Assembly: GCF_001194135.2 (NCBI RefSeq)
Contig: NC_068982.1
Span: forward strand, 118,142,016 to 118,184,295
DNA: 42,280 nucleotides
Direction: 5' to 3'
DNA from: Octopus bimaculoides
Taxonomy: Eukaryota
Part shown: piece by piece, positions 1 to 11,557 of the stretch
Layout: each line of letters starts with the position of its first letter
How positions within the stretch are numbered: the first letter of the stretch is position 1
Made by a program: the position numbers and the translations under genes
The notes under the pieces: generated by a model
What the model saw: only the letters and a program-made list of their open reading frames with translations
Told to the model about the DNA's origin: nothing
Databases searched by the model: none

Positions 1-42
<42 letters not shown>

Positions 43-86
43 TGTGTGGAGAGAGAGAGAGAGAGAGAGAAAAATAGAGAGAGATG

Positions 87-118
<32 letters not shown>

Positions 119-392
119 TAACAAAGTTTCCTTTAGAAGCGTTGAAATGTATTGAAAGTTAAAGAAATACTTTATTCTCAAACTCATGACAATACAATAT
201 CATGAACAAGATAAACTATCCATAAGAAATCATTACCGGGCAGCCAATTTATTTTTGTATACACACACACTCACATTTATATAGATACATATATACATAC
301 ATATATACATACATATATATATACATATGTATGTATGTATGCATATATATATATCTATATATATCGTATATATGCATACATACATACATATT

Positions 393-424
<32 letters not shown>

Positions 425-450
425 TATATACATATATATATATATATATA
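1..450. repeat. Compound microsatellite (TG)n/(AG)n/(GATA)n and (TA)n/(CA)n/(TACA)n
   Basis: Directly visible: (TG)n 1-48, (AG)n about 49-70, (GATA)n about 85-118, TA/CA-rich tract about 258-450 running into the gap. Confidence 0.95.
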
Positions 451-1194
451 NNNNNNNNNNNNNNNNNNNNNNNNNNNNNNNNNNNNNNNNNNNNNNNNNN
501 NNNNNNNNNNNNNNNNNNNNNNNNNNNNNNNNNNNNNNNNNNNNNNNNNNNNNNNNNNNNNNNNNNNNNNNNNNNNNNNNNNNNNNNNNNNNNNNNNNNN
601 NNNNNNNNNNNNNNNNNNNNNNNNNNNNNNNNNNNNNNNNNNNNNNNNNNNNNNNNNNNNNNNNNNNNNNNNNNNNNNNNNNNNNNNNNNNNNNNNNNNN
701 NNNNNNNNNNNNNNNNNNNNNNNNNNNNNNNNNNNNNNNNNNNNNNNNNNNNNNNNNNNNNNNNNNNNNNNNNNNNNNNNNNNNNNNNNNNNNNNNNNNN
801 NNNNNNNNNNNNNNNNNNNNNNNNNNNNNNNNNNNNNNNNNNNNNNNNNNNNNNNNNNNNNNNNNNNNNNNNNNNNNNNNNNNNNNNNNNNNNNNNNNNN
901 NNNNNNNNNNNNNNNNNNNNNNNNNNNNNNNNNNNNNNNNNNNNNNNNNNNNNNNNNNNNNNNNNNNNNNNNNNNNNNNNNNNNNNNNNNNNNNNNNNNN
1001 NNNNNNNNNNNNNNNNNNNNNNNNNNNNNNNNNNNNNNNNNNNNNNNNNNNNNNNNNNNNNNNNNNNNNNNNNNNNNNNNNNNNNNNNNNNNNNNNNNNN
1101 NNNNNNNNNNNNNNNNNNNNNNNNNNNNNNNNNNNNNNNNNNNNNNNNNNNNNNNNNNNNNNNNNNNNNNNNNNNNNNNNNNNNNNNNNNNNNN
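451..1194. other. Assembly gap (N run)
   Basis: N run flanked by (TA)n on both sides. Confidence 1.
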
Positions 1195-2219
1195 TATATA
1201 TATATATATATATATATGTACTAACTGAACAGCCAGTCGTTCTCAAGTAATTTTTCTACGATAGAATGTTTTATGTAAACTCTTATTTATTCCTTGTCAG
1301 ACCATGCCTTCCCCGACACGAAGACAGATTTGGCAATTATTCGCAAAAGAACTTTGTGGCGGATTGTTTCCTCTTTAAATTATTTACGTGTCTGTTTAAC
1401 CGTTTTCCCATGACTTAATTCATTAAAACTTCGGACGTTCTTACAACTCTGGACGTCGTAATGTTTTGCTTTCGTTTGTTTAATAAAAGAACATCCTCCT
1501 AATGCTCATACTTTCGTTTTGTGCTAGACAGCTATCATGCAGGCATCAAGTAGATAATTCCAGGTAAAAATCCAGTTTTCTGATTTTGTAAATCTGATTA
1601 AACATGAAGTTTCAGTAGCATTTATCTTCTATTCTTCGGGAAAATTACTTTAGTATACCAAATTTGGAAATTTGGACGTAATTTCAAGATCTCACAATAT
1701 GTAATAGCAACAGGGAAGACCCTACAAAAGGAGAGAAACAGACAGTTATAGGACGTCACACACATTTACAAGCGTACATACAGGTAATCACAAGTTTATA
1801 ATGGCGTAGAGAAGACATATGCATGTATATATGTATGTATAAATATATATGTATGTATGTGTGTATGTGTCTTCCTATGGACATCAGGAAATCCACCTAC
1901 TCCCTTTCTCCTTAAAGATACGTATTCTTCAAACCCACCTTTCTGTTTGTGTGCGTGTGTGCGTTGTATCTATGTATTTAGGAAAGTATGTACCACCCTT
2001 GAGTGTATATGAAATCTACAAAAATGTTATTCTTTCCATTGCCAATCAATATTTGTCCATTACGTAACGCTGTATTCAACTTCCCTAATATAAGTTACCC
2101 TCACTCTGCTACTTTTGTCAACATATATGTTAAAATGAGATGTCAGTGTTATTCTCACTTTTGAGAAAGTTAGACGACAATTTATTCGTCGCACACTCTT
2201 TATATATATATATATATAT

Positions 2220-2363
2220 NNNNNNNNNNNNNNNNNNNNNNNNNNNNNNNNNNNNNNNNNNNNNNNNNNNNNNNNNNNNNNNNNNNNNNNNNNNNNNNNN
2301 NNNNNNNNNNNNNNNNNNNNNNNNNNNNNNNNNNNNNNNNNNNNNNNNNNNNNNNNNNNNNNN
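2220..2363. other. Assembly gap (N run)
   Basis: N run flanked by (TA)n. Confidence 1.
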
Positions 2364-2899
2364 TATATATAGATGAGTTCAGTAAAAATTAAGATTCAGA
2401 TGAATATGATACTTAAGTTGCGGCACCAGAATTTAGAACGGTATTATCCATAAGATTTCAAAGTAAGGTGATTAAAATCAAAAGAAGTAACAAGTATATC
2501 CAGAGGTAATGCTGTATGAACGCTTCATCCAACTCCATTTAATTGAACAATGCAATCATTACATCAATTTAAAATGCAGAGCAATCCTCAGCTTCACAAA
2601 AACATAGAATTTAATTAAATCAGAACAGATGCACACATTAGTATAACTGTACCTAAAATCTCCAAGAAGTGAAAGAGATAGACAAAGAATATGTTGCCTC
2701 TAATACAGCATATAAATTACTAAATTATCAAGAAGACTGCCTGTCACTGATTTTATTTGTTTTTATGGGGTCAGTTTTAATTTATAGACTAGTTTATCAA
2801 ATCATTGTATATCTAAGGCCGAGAGAATAAAGGGCAGTATCTGGTAGGGGTAGGGCTGAGAGAGCAGACAGAAATCATAGTTGGTATAATCATAAAAAT

Positions 2900-4330
2900 C
2901 AAGATTTATTAGAAGCAATATCATGAGGTTTGGTAAAGGAAAACTTGAAACAAGATGTGAGCTGACAACTAAAGGTGTCGACAATACCAGACCATTGATA
3001 ATGAAACAGGGGAAGTCTTATTATGTAGTACTATAGTTAATGTTTTAAACAATGTTGCTATATTGTACACAGTTAAAGTTTATGGCTATTCTGAGGGTTA
3101 TATAGAAGAATATATTAGCAATAGGATAGCATTTTATGAATACTTTGGAGTATATACCAAACCTTTGCCACAATAGAGGGAGGAAAAGAAATTATCCAGA
3201 AATAGTTTGATATTTATACGTATTGTACACCTAAATACTAACTCATCAGATGATATCTGTGAATATTGATTAATTAGTATATACTGATATTAATAAAGGA
3301 GTAAAAGAACATTCCAATTATACATTAATAAATTCATAATCTAAGCAGTTTTTTTATAAGTAGTGAATATACCAGTATAATTTTATATAAGCTAAGTACG
3401 AATTTATAGAGATACAAAGATTAGCTGAATTTTATGTATAAATAAAGGCTAATTATAAATTAATAAAGAAATGTAATAAAATAATCAAGTAGGGACGAAC
3501 ACCATAGAAAATGAATAAAATACCTTAATTACTAATACTATGGTAAAGTTTATGTAGCTTATTAACACCAATAGAGAAGATTTAGAGAAAAAGTATGATA
3601 ATTTAAAATATATTAGACTAAAAGTTATATATTAACTTATATAGCTAATTTCAATAAAAGACTGATGTCTGGTATCAGCTAAAGGAATATTTATGTTATG
3701 GAACATTCATATTTTACACTAATCTTTCTATATATGAACTAAGGGTTATATTATAGGTTTAAGAAGTTATTATTGTTACTCCTTACATGATTTTTATAGT
3801 TTTTTAGTGGTACTTGTTTAGAAGGGTTATTTATATAAAGGCCCTTTTAAAATACTAAGATCAGGAGGTTAAAGTCATTTAAGAAAGAGATAAATCAAGT
3901 AATTTCTAAAGATCATTTAAAAAAAAATATTGTCTTATTGTATAAAGTTAAAATTCAGGGAAATCAAGAAGATTTCTAAGAATGCAATTTTAACAAAAGG
4001 ATAAAACTACTATGAATAGTTTGAGTATATACCAATTATTTTATACCACAATAGAGGGAAGAAAAGCAAATAGTTTAATATTTATTTGCTTATTACTTAT
4101 CTAAATATTAACTTGTTATATGGTTTCTATAGAGATTGATCAATTAATGGACCAACTGAAGTTAAAGAACATGTTAATTGTATACTGATTTAATTACATT
4201 GAACTATTTTAAGTTGTCGTGATACCCGTATTACCTTATATAAGCTGAGTATGAAATAATAGGGGTAAAAGGATTAGATTTATTTAAGGCTACTATAAAA
4301 TATTATTAGCAATAACAATAATAATAAAAT
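2900..4330 (+). mobile_element. Highly decayed Penelope-like reverse transcriptase region
   Basis: Traces resembling the PLE RT motif 'SLYTNIP..EG' at about 3145-3180 and again at about 4015-4060, and a 'YIDDIF.IW'-like trace (ggaatatttatgttatgg) at about 3685-3700. It lies directly upstream of a clear GIY-YIG domain. Many stops and frameshifts. Confidence 0.4.
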
Positions 4331-4471
4331 GATCAGTTAGGGTATAGCATCATAGAAAATGAATAAAGACAGCCTAATCACTAAATTTTGGGTCTGTCTA
4401 CCCTCTTCTCTAGCCTCTCCTCTGATATTATTACCTCCTCCATTCCCGAAAACAATCTCCAAAATACACCC

Positions 4472-4885
4472 ACTTGTAACTGCCGTCCTGGGGAAATCTG
4501 CCCTTAAAAAACCCATTGCAGAAGACATAATGTAATTTATAAATGCACTGTCCTTAACACATTACAGAATTCTACAGTTATACGTATATAGGAACAACTA
4601 TAGTGTTTTAACAACGATACGCTGCTCATCTCCATTCTTTTAAACGCCAGCCACATACATCATCTCAAAAATACAAATATACCTTATACTTTGTCATGGT
4701 CCATAATAGATTCAGGGCTTCATTACCAACGTCAACGCTCAGCCTGTAAATTTCGCCTGAAGGAAGCACTCCACATATTACAGAACAAATCTTCAACTCT
4801 ACTAAACAGACATGAAGAGGTCCTAAGCACATGCATCCACCGATTGTTCATACCTTTAAATTCTACCACAAATATAAATGCCTAA
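4472..4885 (+). mobile_element. Penelope-like element GIY-YIG endonuclease remnant (pseudogenised)
   Basis: Frameshifted translation gives TCNCRPGEICP*, NVIYKCTV, YIGTT, F*QRYAAHLHSFK, WSII, CKFRLKEALHIL and LLNRHEEVLSTCIHR. This matches the PLE endonuclease pattern (C-C-C, VIY...YIG.T, RY..H..SF, LLN.R.E...C.H). Confidence 0.85.
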
Positions 4886-5010
4886 ATAAGCACACGGTGT
4901 ATTTCCACAATACTCTTAGGTAATCCCCAACAACCTTATGAATCTCCATTTTAAATTTTAATCCTTATCTAACTCCCTCATTTTTACTTTAGGATCACGA
5001 TCATTTAATT

Positions 5011-5560
5011 ATGTATATATACATATGTGTATGTGTATATATATTCATATATGAACATACAAACGGATACATATGCGTATGTATGGGTATGTGTGTATAT
5101 ATGTATATATATATATGCATATATATATGTATGTACGTCTATGTGTGTGTATGTCTATGTGTGTGTATGTCTATGTATGTCTTAATTTCTACAAATACGA
5201 ACATGCAAACGGGTATATGGTAATACGCATGAGTATGTGTATAGATATTTTATATACGTATGGATTTATATATGGGTATATGTAAATACATATATGTACA
5301 CATCTGTGCCTGTGTGTGTGTTCGTGTGTCTGTGTGCGTGTTTGTATATATACACATACATACGTGTGTACTTGTGTTTGTGGTTGTATACGTGCATTTA
5401 TATATACAAAAATTTACATATACAAAAATAGATACGATTGTGTGTGCATATGTGTGAATTGCGCGTGAACATACATGAGTCTGTATGCGTGAGTATGTAT
5501 TGAAGTATGTATATGTCTATATGTATGTGTGGGTACGTATGTGTGTATACATATTGATAA
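5011..5560. repeat. Degenerate (TA)/(TG)/(TATG) low-complexity tract
   Basis: Alternating purine-pyrimidine simple repeats. Confidence 0.9.
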
Positions 5561-6445
5561 ATATACATTCTTACATTCTTTTCATATTTTTCACTAACCT
5601 ATCACACATGTCTATTTATAGCAACTTGACTTCTTTATATTATTCATTTCACCTTAATTTTTACTACCAAAACTAAATACCCACTTACACATATCACCCA
5701 CCCTTACCTTCTCTCTACCTTTTCTATACGCATCCCTTAATGCAGCTCTATAACACCACCCCTACTCACATAGCTGATACTATTTTACTCCTTACCCTCT
5801 CATCTCTTCCTCTCTCTCCCCCTCACCTCTCCCTTCCTCGTATCATTTTATCCTGACAACTCTCATTTCTTTCCCTCTTCATTTCTTTCCCTCTTCATTT
5901 CTTTTCTGGCTTCTCCCGTTTTCGTTTCTCTATTTTCCACCCATTCTCTCTTTTTGTATTTAATTTGAACTATCTCCTCTTTCTAATCATACATATCTCT
6001 CCTTCCTCCATCTATCTATTAACATTACCAACACCTTCCCAAATCTTAATTCGCACAAAAAAACCCCTCGATCGAGGAACACAGTTTACAAGGCTCTATA
6101 CTTGGCATGAGCAAATATAACTACCATTGGAACTCACACACCAGGTACAAAAAAAAAATCTTCTTCACTACGTATATGCACCATTCTACTTGAATAATGG
6201 AACTGCATATACAATATCCTTATGCACCTCATTTCTACATTCTTTCTCTTACTTGCCTCTGTATTTCATATCTTCTCAACAATTCCATACCTTCCCTACT
6301 CAAACATTTTCTCGCACCGTCTCTGATGAAGAGATATATAAAAAAAATATCAGAAACAGCTATAAGACTTCTTCATTATAATTGCTCTGGAATATTTTAC
6401 AGCCTTGGATTTTTAATCACATTCTCTCAATTTATATATATATAT
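5560..6445 (+). mobile_element. Probable Penelope pseudo-LTR/3' region (pyrimidine-rich tract, hammerhead, ends in (TA)n)
   Basis: Downstream of the GIY-YIG remnant on the same strand, C/T-rich, and contains a minimal hammerhead. PLE pLTRs are known to carry minimal hammerheads. Confidence 0.5.
6319..6368 (+). ncRNA. Minimal type-I hammerhead ribozyme (degenerate, PLE-type)
   Basis: GTCT-CTGATGA-aga-GATAT ataaaaaaa ATATC-a-GAAA-CAGCTA-TA-AGAC. Stem I GTCT/AGAC, stem II GATAT/ATATC, core intact. Stem III CAGCTA is one change from palindromic CAGCTG. Confidence 0.75.
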
Positions 6446-6690
6446 ATTAGCGGGCCTCTCACGCTTCGGCCCGGCCTGTACGGTGATTGACTGTATTCAT
6501 GAGGCACATATTGCCATGTATCTTAATGTCCAGTTTTCCATATTGCATAACCTCACCAAATTTCACATCACCAGTGTAATCTTAATAAATGTACCAGAAG
6601 ATATGTTCCAAGTCTAGGTCAATGTCAAAGTGTACATTATTTACATTATTTACATTTGACGGATATTTGTCCTCATCTTGTATGTTGTTA

Positions 6691-6734
6691 ACACAACGTT
6701 TCGACAGATATACCCTACAGCCTTCATCAGGTGT
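6691..6734 (-). ncRNA. Minimal type-I hammerhead ribozyme
   Basis: Minus strand reads ACAC-CTGATGA-a-GGCtgtagggtatatctGTC-GAAA-CG-TT-GTGT. Stem I ACAC/GTGT, stem II partly decayed (GGC/GTC), palindromic CG stem III, GUU triplet. Confidence 0.75.
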
Positions 6735-6782
6735 GTAGGGGAAATTTTGAACCTGGGTTATCGTTGCTATGGTATTTTTCGA

Positions 6783-6797
6783 TGTTGTTGTTGTTGC

Positions 6798-6846
<49 letters not shown>
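6783..6846. repeat. (GTT)n then (TAT)n microsatellite
   Basis: Directly visible. Confidence 0.95.
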
Positions 6847-6850
<4 letters not shown>

Positions 6851-6921
6851 TCACTGCTTGGAATCGAACTCGGAATCTTCGGGTTAGTAGCTTGCGCTCT
6901 TAACCACTACGACACATGCCC
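6847..6921 (-). mobile_element. tRNA-derived SINE-like head (Pol III A/B boxes)
   Basis: Minus strand reads gggcatgtgtcgtagtggttaagagcgcaagctactaacccgaagattccgaGTTCGATTCCaagcagtgacctg. A-box-like (gtcgtagtgg) and B-box present, but no complete acceptor stem. Confidence 0.75.
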
Positions 6922-7147
6922 GTGGGCATATGGCGTACTGGATTTGCGGATATGTTGCGACTGGAAAATGCGTCTTGACGTAGTGCGTGAATGGGGCATT
7001 TGATATAATATTAGAAATTGCGGTTCTGCTGTGGAGACCTTTTGACTTCATAGACATCTTTTTACTGTGTTTGGTACTATTGTCCCAGATTATCTTGACG
7101 AATACATTTTCACAAGCTTTCATCAGATAAGGTGTGTGTATGTATGA

Positions 7148-7744
7148 NNNNNNNNNNNNNNNNNNNNNNNNNNNNNNNNNNNNNNNNNNNNNNNNNNNNN
7201 NNNNNNNNNNNNNNNNNNNNNNNNNNNNNNNNNNNNNNNNNNNNNNNNNNNNNNNNNNNNNNNNNNNNNNNNNNNNNNNNNNNNNNNNNNNNNNNNNNNN
7301 NNNNNNNNNNNNNNNNNNNNNNNNNNNNNNNNNNNNNNNNNNNNNNNNNNNNNNNNNNNNNNNNNNNNNNNNNNNNNNNNNNNNNNNNNNNNNNNNNNNN
7401 NNNNNNNNNNNNNNNNNNNNNNNNNNNNNNNNNNNNNNNNNNNNNNNNNNNNNNNNNNNNNNNNNNNNNNNNNNNNNNNNNNNNNNNNNNNNNNNNNNNN
7501 NNNNNNNNNNNNNNNNNNNNNNNNNNNNNNNNNNNNNNNNNNNNNNNNNNNNNNNNNNNNNNNNNNNNNNNNNNNNNNNNNNNNNNNNNNNNNNNNNNNN
7601 NNNNNNNNNNNNNNNNNNNNNNNNNNNNNNNNNNNNNNNNNNNNNNNNNNNNNNNNNNNNNNNNNNNNNNNNNNNNNNNNNNNNNNNNNNNNNNNNNNNN
7701 NNNNNNNNNNNNNNNNNNNNNNNNNNNNNNNNNNNNNNNNNNNN
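7148..7744. other. Assembly gap (N run)
   Basis: N run. Confidence 1.
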
Positions 7745-7782
<38 letters not shown>

Positions 7783-9498
7783 AATATGTGTGTATGTATA
7801 ACTGCAATATATCATGGATAATATATGAGTTACATGTTTAAAAATATAGGAATATATATGTAGGCATATATAAATATACGTGTGTGTTATCTTTATACGT
7901 CAGAGTGTACATATAAAAATGGTAGTCTTCTTGCATGTATGCATATATAAGTGTTCATTTATGGCGATATCTACACGACTGTGCTCCACCGGATTTGTTT
8001 ATAGGAACTTCTATTTTAAAATATCATTTTTCCGTAATGTTATGGAAAAACGAAATCGTTGGGGCACTCTTGTGTAGGTATACCCTATCTGACAAAAGCT
8101 TTACGGTAAAATAGACAATTTACAGATTGCTAGAAACGGGAGCCAATATACCACTAACCCGCCTCCCCACTCCATCCGTTTTTTGAAAATAATTGCACGG
8201 TTACCTGCGGAACATTGAAATTAATTGGAATGACACGATAAACCAGAAATATAATAAATATAATAAATTCTATTGGGAGTTTTCAGCGGTCAACATAGGT
8301 ATTGTGATGACACATATTCTCAGACCTCGTAGACTGTCTATTAAATCATTGCTCTTCCTGGTTCGGATTTCCTCAGAGTTTATGATATTTCAGAACTCAC
8401 TTTTATATTGAATCTTAAATTTATGATAATTTGTACGGGATCATTGGTATTAAATACCAATATTTCTAAAATATTATCATGGTAATTATTCCATTGTTTG
8501 TAAACTAATTTGCTCCATTAAAACGCTCAAGCTATGGTATGTTCGCCTTACTGTGACTGATATTTTCGATATCATTACTGGAGTTTACAAAGCAAGACAT
8601 GTGCCTGTTTCTTATTCATACTCATCTTTGACTATATTCCCTGCATTTCAATAGATTGGAACAATTGAACGTTAATTTCAGATGCATCGCATTTTAAAAT
8701 ATGATTCAGGGGATAGTTGTTTATATATTAAACTTGAAAATCGGAATGCATCGTACAGATCTAAGTAGATAGGTCTTTTTCTGATTGTACAGAAGCACAG
8801 TGGAAAGCGTCACATTCGTTTTGTACACTTATAGCAAAAAAAAAAAAAAATCTTAGTGAGGATGATGTCAAGCTATATATATGTAATGCTTGGAGAGTAC
8901 TTAACATTGTAAAAGTGATTAGCCAATCTAAATTCTCAGTTGATCTGTAATGGAATTTCCCATATACCCTGGTTGAATCTATGTTACTTAATATCATTTC
9001 CATTAAGACACCAAAGAAAAGAATTAAAACATACAAAGTGTTTGCTAACATAGATGTAATTTAAACAACATTTCACTTTCCGTTAAATGCTTGACGGGTT
9101 AGGATCCGCTTAGTAAAATCTACGACTCCCTCGATCTGCTAGCAATTACATTCAACGCTCTGCATAGACCTAGATTGATTACTTAACAAACGACACGATG
9201 TCATCGAGGAGAATTTTCAGTTTTAGGGGAAAATATGTTAAGCAGGGGAACAGGGCAATGCAAATTAATCTCGTTCAACATATATTATTTCAGGATTTGC
9301 TCTACTGCTACACGCCAAATCACATCAGGTTAAAGATTCATATGCATGTACTTAAATACACATGCATAACATATACATTAATACACGCACACTGGCATAC
9401 ACATATAGGCATGTGCCTATACACACGTAAAGGTGCACGGGCACAATAAAAATCTGTGTATCTAAGTGTGTGCATAGACACGCACTTATGTATACATG

Positions 9499-9500
<2 letters not shown>

Positions 9501-9552
<52 letters not shown>
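9501..9552. repeat. (CA)n microsatellite
   Basis: Directly visible, abuts the gap. Confidence 0.95.
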
Positions 9553-9674
9553 NNNNNNNNNNNNNNNNNNNNNNNNNNNNNNNNNNNNNNNNNNNNNNNN
9601 NNNNNNNNNNNNNNNNNNNNNNNNNNNNNNNNNNNNNNNNNNNNNNNNNNNNNNNNNNNNNNNNNNNNNNNNNN
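9553..9674. other. Assembly gap (N run)
   Basis: N run. Confidence 1.
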
Positions 9675-9814
9675 TATGTGTGTGTGCGTGTGTGTGGGCG
9701 CCTAGTTTAGTTTTCTGCTAAGGTAACACTTACAAAAAATACTCTACCCAGTGATAAAGAATATTATTTGATATATACTGTATGCAGTTATCATCTACTA
9801 ATACTTTCAAGAAA

Positions 9815-10047
9815 GCGGTGAGCTGGCAGAATCGTTAGCACGCCGGGCGAAATGCGTAGCGCTATTTCGTCTGATGTTACGTTCTGAGCTCAAATTCCGC
9901 CGAGGTCGACTTTGGCTTTCATCCTCTCGAGATCAATTGAATAAGTACCAGTTACGCAGTGGAGGCGATGCAACCAACTTATTCACCTTTTGTCTGTCGT
10001 TGTTTGTCCCCTCTGTGTTTAGCTCCTTTTAGGCAATAAAGAAATAA
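9815..10047 (+). mobile_element. tRNA-derived SINE, near full length
   Basis: Head gcggtgagctggcagaatcgttagc, decayed B-box (gctcaaattcc), core gaggtcgactttggctttcatcc...taagtaccagt, A-rich end. The same family recurs inverted at 19058-19251, 23281-23470 and 32040-32312. Confidence 0.9.
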
Positions 10048-10221
10048 ATGCTTTCAAGAATTGGAATTATAGACCAGACAAGTTTCTGTAATACGCCTTG
10101 TGTCTCCAAGCAACCGCGGAGATCTAAGCAGATGTCCTATACAATTTAACAGTTTACAAGCTCCCTGCATCTACAATGCATGAAACTATTAGTATCTCGT
10201 AACTGTATACTGTGTTTATTA

Positions 10222-10276
<55 letters not shown>

Positions 10277-10373
10277 CGCATAAAATATAGAAATATATGT
10301 GTATATATGTTTATATACATATATATATAATAAGGTTATGTTATTTTCTGTAAAAATGTTGTAGAGTATAAAG

Positions 10374-10554
10374 CTCGTCCACACTCAGAATTACCCAGTA
10401 CTATTACATATTAGTATTATTATATACTTCCAAGTTTAAACGTCTACTGAGGAAGAAACTTCTAAGGTCATGTTTGTCTACATATAAATTATCATATGTC
10501 ACACTAAGTAGGAGGCCTAGTTCCTCTGTGTTGACATTGCGGAACTCCACTTCG
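10374..10554. repeat. Left arm of ~180 bp inverted repeat (pairs with 11558-11735)
   Basis: Manual alignment of the reverse complement with 11558-11735 gives about 13 substitutions and 2 indels. Confidence 0.95.
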
Positions 10555-11208
10555 CCCTCGTGATCATCTCCACGCATTTCTCCACCCCAAAATCCACGTC
10601 GATTGATGGGTATCCATGCTATCCAATATACATCCTATCAGGCGGCAGGTGTTGTTGCAGTCGAGATCTTCCGTGCTGTCACATACATCAGGTGACATCC
10701 GGATTATGGGACGTATGATCATTTAGAGGAAGTAGGAGAATTTGTAGTTGCTACCGATATTCGTTCCACAGACTGGTCTTGTTAGTGGTCCCGCCACAAG
10801 GTCAGTGGTTACATTGAGACATTGCAGAGTCCATACAGTGTCGGGATATCGTTGTTCTAGGCTTGGAAATTGTTGGCCGTGGGTTTCTGAGGTCCAAGAA
10901 CAATTGTGCACATCATCATATGGGCGTTGAGGACTTTTTCTTTTTCCTCATCCACCTGTAAAGTTGTTACTTTCATATTGGCGATGCGAGGTTGCACTGC
11001 CTGGATGTAGTTCAGCAAGCTGTCTATCGACATCCTGCCGGACTTATCTGTGGGGAGGCATACCATCTGAGTGTCAAGGGTTGGGTATTCATGTTGTTGG
11101 CCCTTGTAGGGTTATATTCTCCACTACCGCTACTACTACTACTACATCTACCGTCGTTACTGCTACCATCATTAACCCCACAACTAGTACAACCACCATT
11201 GCCACTGA

Positions 11209-11253
<45 letters not shown>

Positions 11254-11520
11254 CAACACCACCACCACTACTACCACTACTGTTACCACCACTACTATCA
11301 TTACCGCTACTACTACTCTTCTTAACACTACCACTATTACTATCTCTCTCATTATCGCTAGAGCTATTCACAATGTTCTTGTACCTGGTGTCGGTATATG
11401 TGTTGTTGGCATTAGTGTTGGTTCTTATGTCTACCTGTTGGTCCCTGCCATTTCCCCTATTCGGGTTATTGTTTCTGTTCCTAGCAGCAGTGTTTTCCTT
11501 AGAGGCTAACTGGCATACAG
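10450..11520 (-). mobile_element. R4/Dong-type non-LTR retrotransposon RT remnant, interrupted by an (ACT/ACC)n tract
   Basis: Decayed minus-strand translations: MVCLPT (NYRPITCL region), YPDTVWTLQCL (YD..PH.WI..CL), SHLMYV (SHLLYMDD) and DVDFGVEKC (DI.M.FG..KC). Confidence 0.6.
11119..11345. repeat. Imperfect (ACT)n/(ACC)n trinucleotide tract
   Basis: Directly visible; explains the poly-Thr, poly-Leu, poly-Val and poly-Ser ORFs. Confidence 0.95.
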
Positions 11521-11557
11521 CTTTAGAAGGGCCCTAAACAAACGTAAACAACGAGAA

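Noticed and set aside
327-1250. Long ORFs containing X runs (also at 6884-7821, 9456-9721, 20643-21461, 36614-37133, 39486-39785)
   Set aside because: Artefacts of translating through N gaps and flanking TA/CA repeats
6445-6485. GC-rich tag-cgggcc...cttcggcccgg resembling a Helitron-like terminus
   Set aside because: Only about 35 bp, and no matching opposite end found
6847-6921. Possible real tRNA genes (also 22700-22779 and 41950-42012)
   Set aside because: A/B boxes are present but no complete acceptor stem or cloverleaf, and they continue into SINE bodies
7090-7131. CTGATGA on the minus strand at 7120-7126, possible fourth hammerhead
   Set aside because: No GAAA after a stem II; at best a badly decayed copy next to a gap
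8135-8185. CCAAT plus GC-box-like motifs suggesting a promoter
   Set aside because: Short motifs with no associated exon or TSS evidence
10964-11537. Mucin-like poly-Thr, poly-Leu and poly-Ser/Gly ORFs
   Set aside because: Produced by the (ACT/ACC)n tract inside a decayed LINE; open in several frames and both strands
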